Below, in pieces: positions 59,483 through 64,000 of a stretch of 64,000 nt of DNA. Origin of the DNA: Nemertoderma westbladi (lineage: Eukaryota > Animalia > Xenacoelomorpha). A program made the translations under genes and the position numbers. The notes beneath the pieces are model-generated. The model searched no databases, was not told the origin of the DNA, and saw nothing but the letters and a program-made list of their open reading frames with translations. Numbering within the stretch: the first letter of the stretch is position 1; each line of letters begins with the position of its first letter. The stretch spans positions 28,936 to 92,935 of the forward strand of contig JAUCBJ010001860.1 of the NCBI GenBank assembly GCA_032718475.1, given 5' to 3'.

Positions 59483-62400
59483 TTACGTTGGGGAGTCCCT
59501 AGATGTTTGTTGGATTAGGGAGGTGGTCGTGGGAAGAGTATCTTGCCTTCCATAGTTTCCGGACAGTTCTCGGTCTCTTTCCAGTAAACATAAACGACCA
59601 ACTGGGCGATTGAGTTGTTGTGTTTCTAATACAATTCCAGGTTTCCTCTTCGTCCTGGAATAGTGACGATAGAAACATCGCTTCAAATACACGACAGCCT
59701 TACAAAGCCGATTCCAGGATCTATAGTGGTCCATCGCTCCCGGCAGGAGAGGTGAGAGTCCCTGCGAGACGTCTGGTGTTCCAGATCTCCAGTCTCTCTC
59801 TCTGATCTCCACAACAGATCGGTTCGCGGTGGGGGAGTTTAGATCCACAGCGTCGTCCCTGGAAATGTGTAGTACAGACAGATCTAGCACGGGTTTAAAT
59901 AACCTTGATTTACTTGTCCGGGTTTTAGGTTTGACTTTCTCCGCTCCCTTGGCTTGTCTAATCACAGACGTGGTAAGATGGGGAGGCCATTCATCTTCTT
60001 TACTTAGGAAGTCGGGTCCACCTAACCAGTCTGGAGTATCTGTCAGTTCTTGAGGAGTTGCTCCTCTGGAAGCGATGTCGGCTAGATTAATCGTCTCGGG
60101 GCAATGTCTCCATTGATCTACATTAGAGTTAATATCGTCATTATCTGAGGAGTATAGTGTTCCCTCAGTTGTGGTCATCTCTCCCTCACTGATGTCTTCT
60201 TCCCATTCACTCTCCTGATGGACCTGATCTTTGGGTAGCCTTTCTAGGAGTGTCCTACGGGAAGGTCCATTGAGGTACCAACCTACTCTTGTTCTTCCTG
60301 CATAGGTTTGCAATGGTTGCGGTCGAGTAGGCCGTTTCTCTAATGTCTCAAGCGCCTCATGCGCATTTTGGCCGATGAGTATTTGCACTCCAGGGTAGTC
60401 TGTGTTGAATCTAGGTATCTTATGCTGCTGGGTGAAATCGTCCTCATCCCAGTTATAAGGTTCCACTTAGCTGGTAGCGAAGTTCTTTATCGCCACCATT
60501 TTTACTAACCTCATACTGTGTTCTCCTAGTTCATCCTGGGGGGTGGACAACGCGCCTACATAGTAGTCTGTAGCTACTGTAGATTTCCAAACCTGCATAA
60601 TTCCTGAAAGGTTCAACATAGTTCGGAACTTGGGTTGTCCAGCAAAGATGTCTTCGGCTAGTTCTTTGTCGATGAATGTTCCTGTGCTGCCGGAGTCAAG
60701 GAGGGCATTCACTATATAGCTCATTTTTAACCCGTGGACTCTCAACTGCACTACGGGAAATTCTCGGATTCCTAAGTTGGAAGTTGGCGCTTTCCAAGAT
60801 GGTTGTCGGTCAGGAATAGTTAGGGGGAGCTCACTGTCGGTGTCCTTTTCATACGTAAGTGCTCGATACACTGCGGTATTTATTAAGTAACAGGATTCGT
60901 TTTCGTCGGAGAATTCATCCGTATAGAATCCTTCCATCTCAGAACTTTGGTCAGTGTCGTTCACATCACTGAATTGGACATCTAGTTCGGGCTCACTTAC
61001 CTGACTCGGGCTGTTTCTTTCGAATTCAGTGTGCAACAAGATATGATGTTTCGTGCCGCACTTTGCACACCTTGCGTCGGAATAACAGGTTCGCAGTTGG
61101 TGTCCTTGTCTGAGGCAATTATAACACAACCGCTTATCCCACATGACTTCACGTCTATCTTTTAGTGATTTCTTTAAAAATTTATCACACACACTTAAAC
61201 GGTGGGGCCCGTCGCACAGCGCACATTTTGGTTTGATGTTACTCACCTTACCTTGGGTAACGTTGTGCACTCTCGTTCTTTCCTCGGGCTTTCTTCCGTG
61301 AACTCTATTAGGAGACGTAGGAGGAGTTTTTGTTACCTGTTCTCTCCTGTCATTGGTTCGAGACTTAAATTTACTTACGTCTTTGGGCGCTTTGTTGACA
61401 TAGTAAAATCTTTCAGTGTCTTTCCCGCTGTCCTCTTCTTGAGAAGCCTGGCTTTCGCCATCGTCTGTATAACACACCGGTGTTACCTTTCTCCTAGAAA
61501 CGGGTTTCTCACTTACCTTATTTTCCGGTGTCTTCTCTCTGGACTGCTTTAGGAGCTGTAATTTTACCTCTCCATCTGTGAATGACATGAGATCAGCCAT
61601 GGTAGGGTCACTTCGTTGTTGTTCCATCATATATAAGACTTTTTTGTCCCAGCGTGTACCTACTCCACCCTTTGGTAAAGTAGAGGCCACGGCTCCAATA
61701 ACCATAGAACTCTGATATTCATGGGACTTACCTAGCCAATCTAATTGTCTACAGATCTCCTGAATCTCATCGGAAAACTCTATAATCCCGCTGCTAATGA
61801 ACTTTCGGGGCGCTACCAATATGGCATACAAATACCTAGCTATGTTATTCCTATTACCATACCTGATGTTTAGTGTATCCCAAACTTGTCTTAATCCATC
61901 TGGATGTCCAATAAACTTTAACGCCATTAACTTGGGAGATCCTTCCAAGCACTCGATGAGGAATCTAAGTTTCTCTCCGTTAGATAGCACAGAGATCTGT
62001 ATGTTATCTTTGTAATATTCATTAAAAGGTAACCATTTCATCTCATCTCCATTGAACTTGACGATCTCTCCCACCTTTACCGCTTGACGGGCTTCGGTTC
62101 TAGCCATTTGACGCGTAAAACTTTCTTGGGCCATCGTGTTATTTAATATCGAGTTATCGGTATATAAATTTCTCGGATTATGATCAAGTCTATATGGAAT
62201 ATCATTGTCAACAGGTTTATAATTACCCTTAATAGGGTTTACTATAGGAGTTTCTACTTCACTAGCAGTATAGATGCGTGTAGGCTCCACACCTTGCGCA
62301 TGAAATACTTCAGACCTAACAGGTTGACACATTGTTACAGGGGGTGGTGGTATACCCTTTTGTATATTTACTAATTTATCGCGTTCTAATGCGATACTCT

Positions 62401-63660
62401 GCTGCACTTCTTGCAACTCTAACCTACCCTCTCTGACTGTTCCCTTTAACTGCTGAACAGTCCCTTCCATCTCCCGGACCTGCTGAGAGGAACACAAACG
62501 GTGTTCCCTCAGCTGCCCGAGCAGGAGACCCATCTCCCGCCGTCCCTCATCCACCCACTCTACCGCCGAAGCGGGAGCCGCCAACATAGTAGCGGGTAGA
62601 CGAGGGACAACGGGCGACAAATCGTTGATATTTCGCTCGGAGTCCAGGACAGGAACTGTCTCAGGGGCGGTTCTGTTGGGCACAGGTAGTTTAGTGCTGT
62701 GCAAAGGGAATTTAGAGGTAGGTTCTGGGAGTACAGGTGTCTCTATCACCGAAGGGGTGGCTTCGAGAACAGGCCTAATTATTTCAGGCTCATCTACTAT
62801 AGTAGGGAGTCTTTCTATTCTAATAATTTGGTCTGTGGGTTCTGTACTACCTAAGTCTTTGCTAGCTAGTTGCCTTCTCACAGCTGGGGGCAAATCAGGC
62901 AATTTCTGACGGTGAGGCATTCTTCTACGTCTGTTGGAACGAGATCTATTTCCTCCGCCTTCAGGATCGGTGGTATCGCCTTCATCCGATGATGTAAAGC
63001 CCTGTCGCTTGGGGGTGGATCGACTTATCATCTGCCCCTGAGTAGCTGTTCTCTGTTTATCTATGTAGTCTTGCTTCTCTTGCAGATTTTCCAACTCTAG
63101 TTGGGTGGTCTCTTCAGATGCTCTCCGTTCTGCTTCTGCCACTGCCTCTGCCGCTTTTCTTTCCGCTTCTGCCGCTGCCACTGCCGCTTTTCTTTCCACT
63201 TCTACCGCCTTTCTTTCCGCTTCTGCTTCTGCCGCTGCCGCTGCCGCTGCCGCTTTTCTTTCCACTTCTACCGCCTTTCTTTCCGCTTCTGCCTCTGCCG
63301 CTGCTGCTTTTCTTTCAACTTCTGCCGCTGCCGCTGCTGCTTTCTTTCTGTCTTCTATACGTTTTTTCTTTACCTGTTCTTCTTGGACCCTAGCGATGTG
63401 GCTGCTTTCATCAAATTTAGCTTGGTTCGCAGCTAACATTTCCGCATCTATTGCGTCCAGCACAAACTTGGCTCCTTCACTATTAGGGCGAAGTCCAGCC
63501 AGCCTTCTCCTCAACTCTTCGTCACCTAGAAATCGCTGATAGTCTGACAGATAGATGTCAATAGCGTCCTTCTTCTGCGGTTTCTCTGCTGTCGATTCGC
63601 TTTCCACTTGAGAAAAGGTAGCGTCTGTTGATTCTCCATGGGTTGAGCGCTCAGCCAGCT
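59483..63660 (-). pseudogene. BEL-A' gag-protease plus fused pol remnants (in-frame stop at 60467)
   Basis: DUF1759-like Gag, CCHC knuckle, LLDSGS, then QWRHCP..NLADIASRG and the IN C-terminal tip joined by in-frame deletions. Confidence 0.88.
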
Positions 63661-64000
63661 GAAATTTCCACAGAATACCAGAATACCGGTATATATTTTC
63701 AGCCTAAATTTACAGAAATAAATATAATAAGCCTATCGTGAATACCGGTATACAACTTACACTTATAGTATATAAGTATAATTATAGACTAGAATTAATT
63801 ACAGAATACCGGTATATAATTTCAGCTCAAATTTATAGAAATAAATATAATAAGCCTATTGTAAATACCGGTATGTCAATTATTTTAGAATAATTGAATT
63901 TCTGAATTTTTAGAGTTACTTAGTTACTTTACTTTACTTTATTACCGTTATTTAAGCAGTAGTCCAACTGATATTAAGACCTAATTGTTGTATGACAGGC

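Larger units (their letters stand above)
56525..64000 (-). mobile_element. BEL/Pao element A' (sister of A), multiply deleted, 3' LTR missing, runs off the window
   Basis: Colinear homology to 26880-30030, 33910-35010, 38634-40825 and 41850-42160. RT/RH, most of IN and the gag start are deleted. Confidence 0.9.

Overview
AT-rich eukaryotic (invertebrate-like) genomic DNA, dominated by transposable elements. There are no prokaryotic features, RNA genes or CRISPR arrays. The only host gene I can support is a CLCA-family gene (calcium-activated chloride channel regulator; Zn-metalloprotease plus vWA) on the - strand. Six clean, phase-compatible exons were read by hand between 11201 and 4402; its 5' and 3' exons were not found. 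Two of its splice donors have been amplified into tandem repeats (43 bp and ~83 bp units), and an RTE LINE inserted into one duplicated donor. An intact CRE-clade non-LTR retrotransposon (13992-18455) carries a ~363-aa in-frame Val/Pro tandem repeat between RT motifs B (QGDP) and C (YADD). From ~23.6 kb to the end lies a nest of four BEL/Pao LTR-retrotransposon copies. It includes a ~19.6-kb element with both LTRs, a solo LTR with a 5-bp TSD, a nested LINE, a TTAA element, and three unassigned overlapping accessory ORFs downstream of pol, present in two diverged copies. Smaller items are Helentron-type (HINE) elements, a foldback element, a 28-bp satellite and a minimal hammerhead-like motif. 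All calls come from manual reading; no database searches were run.
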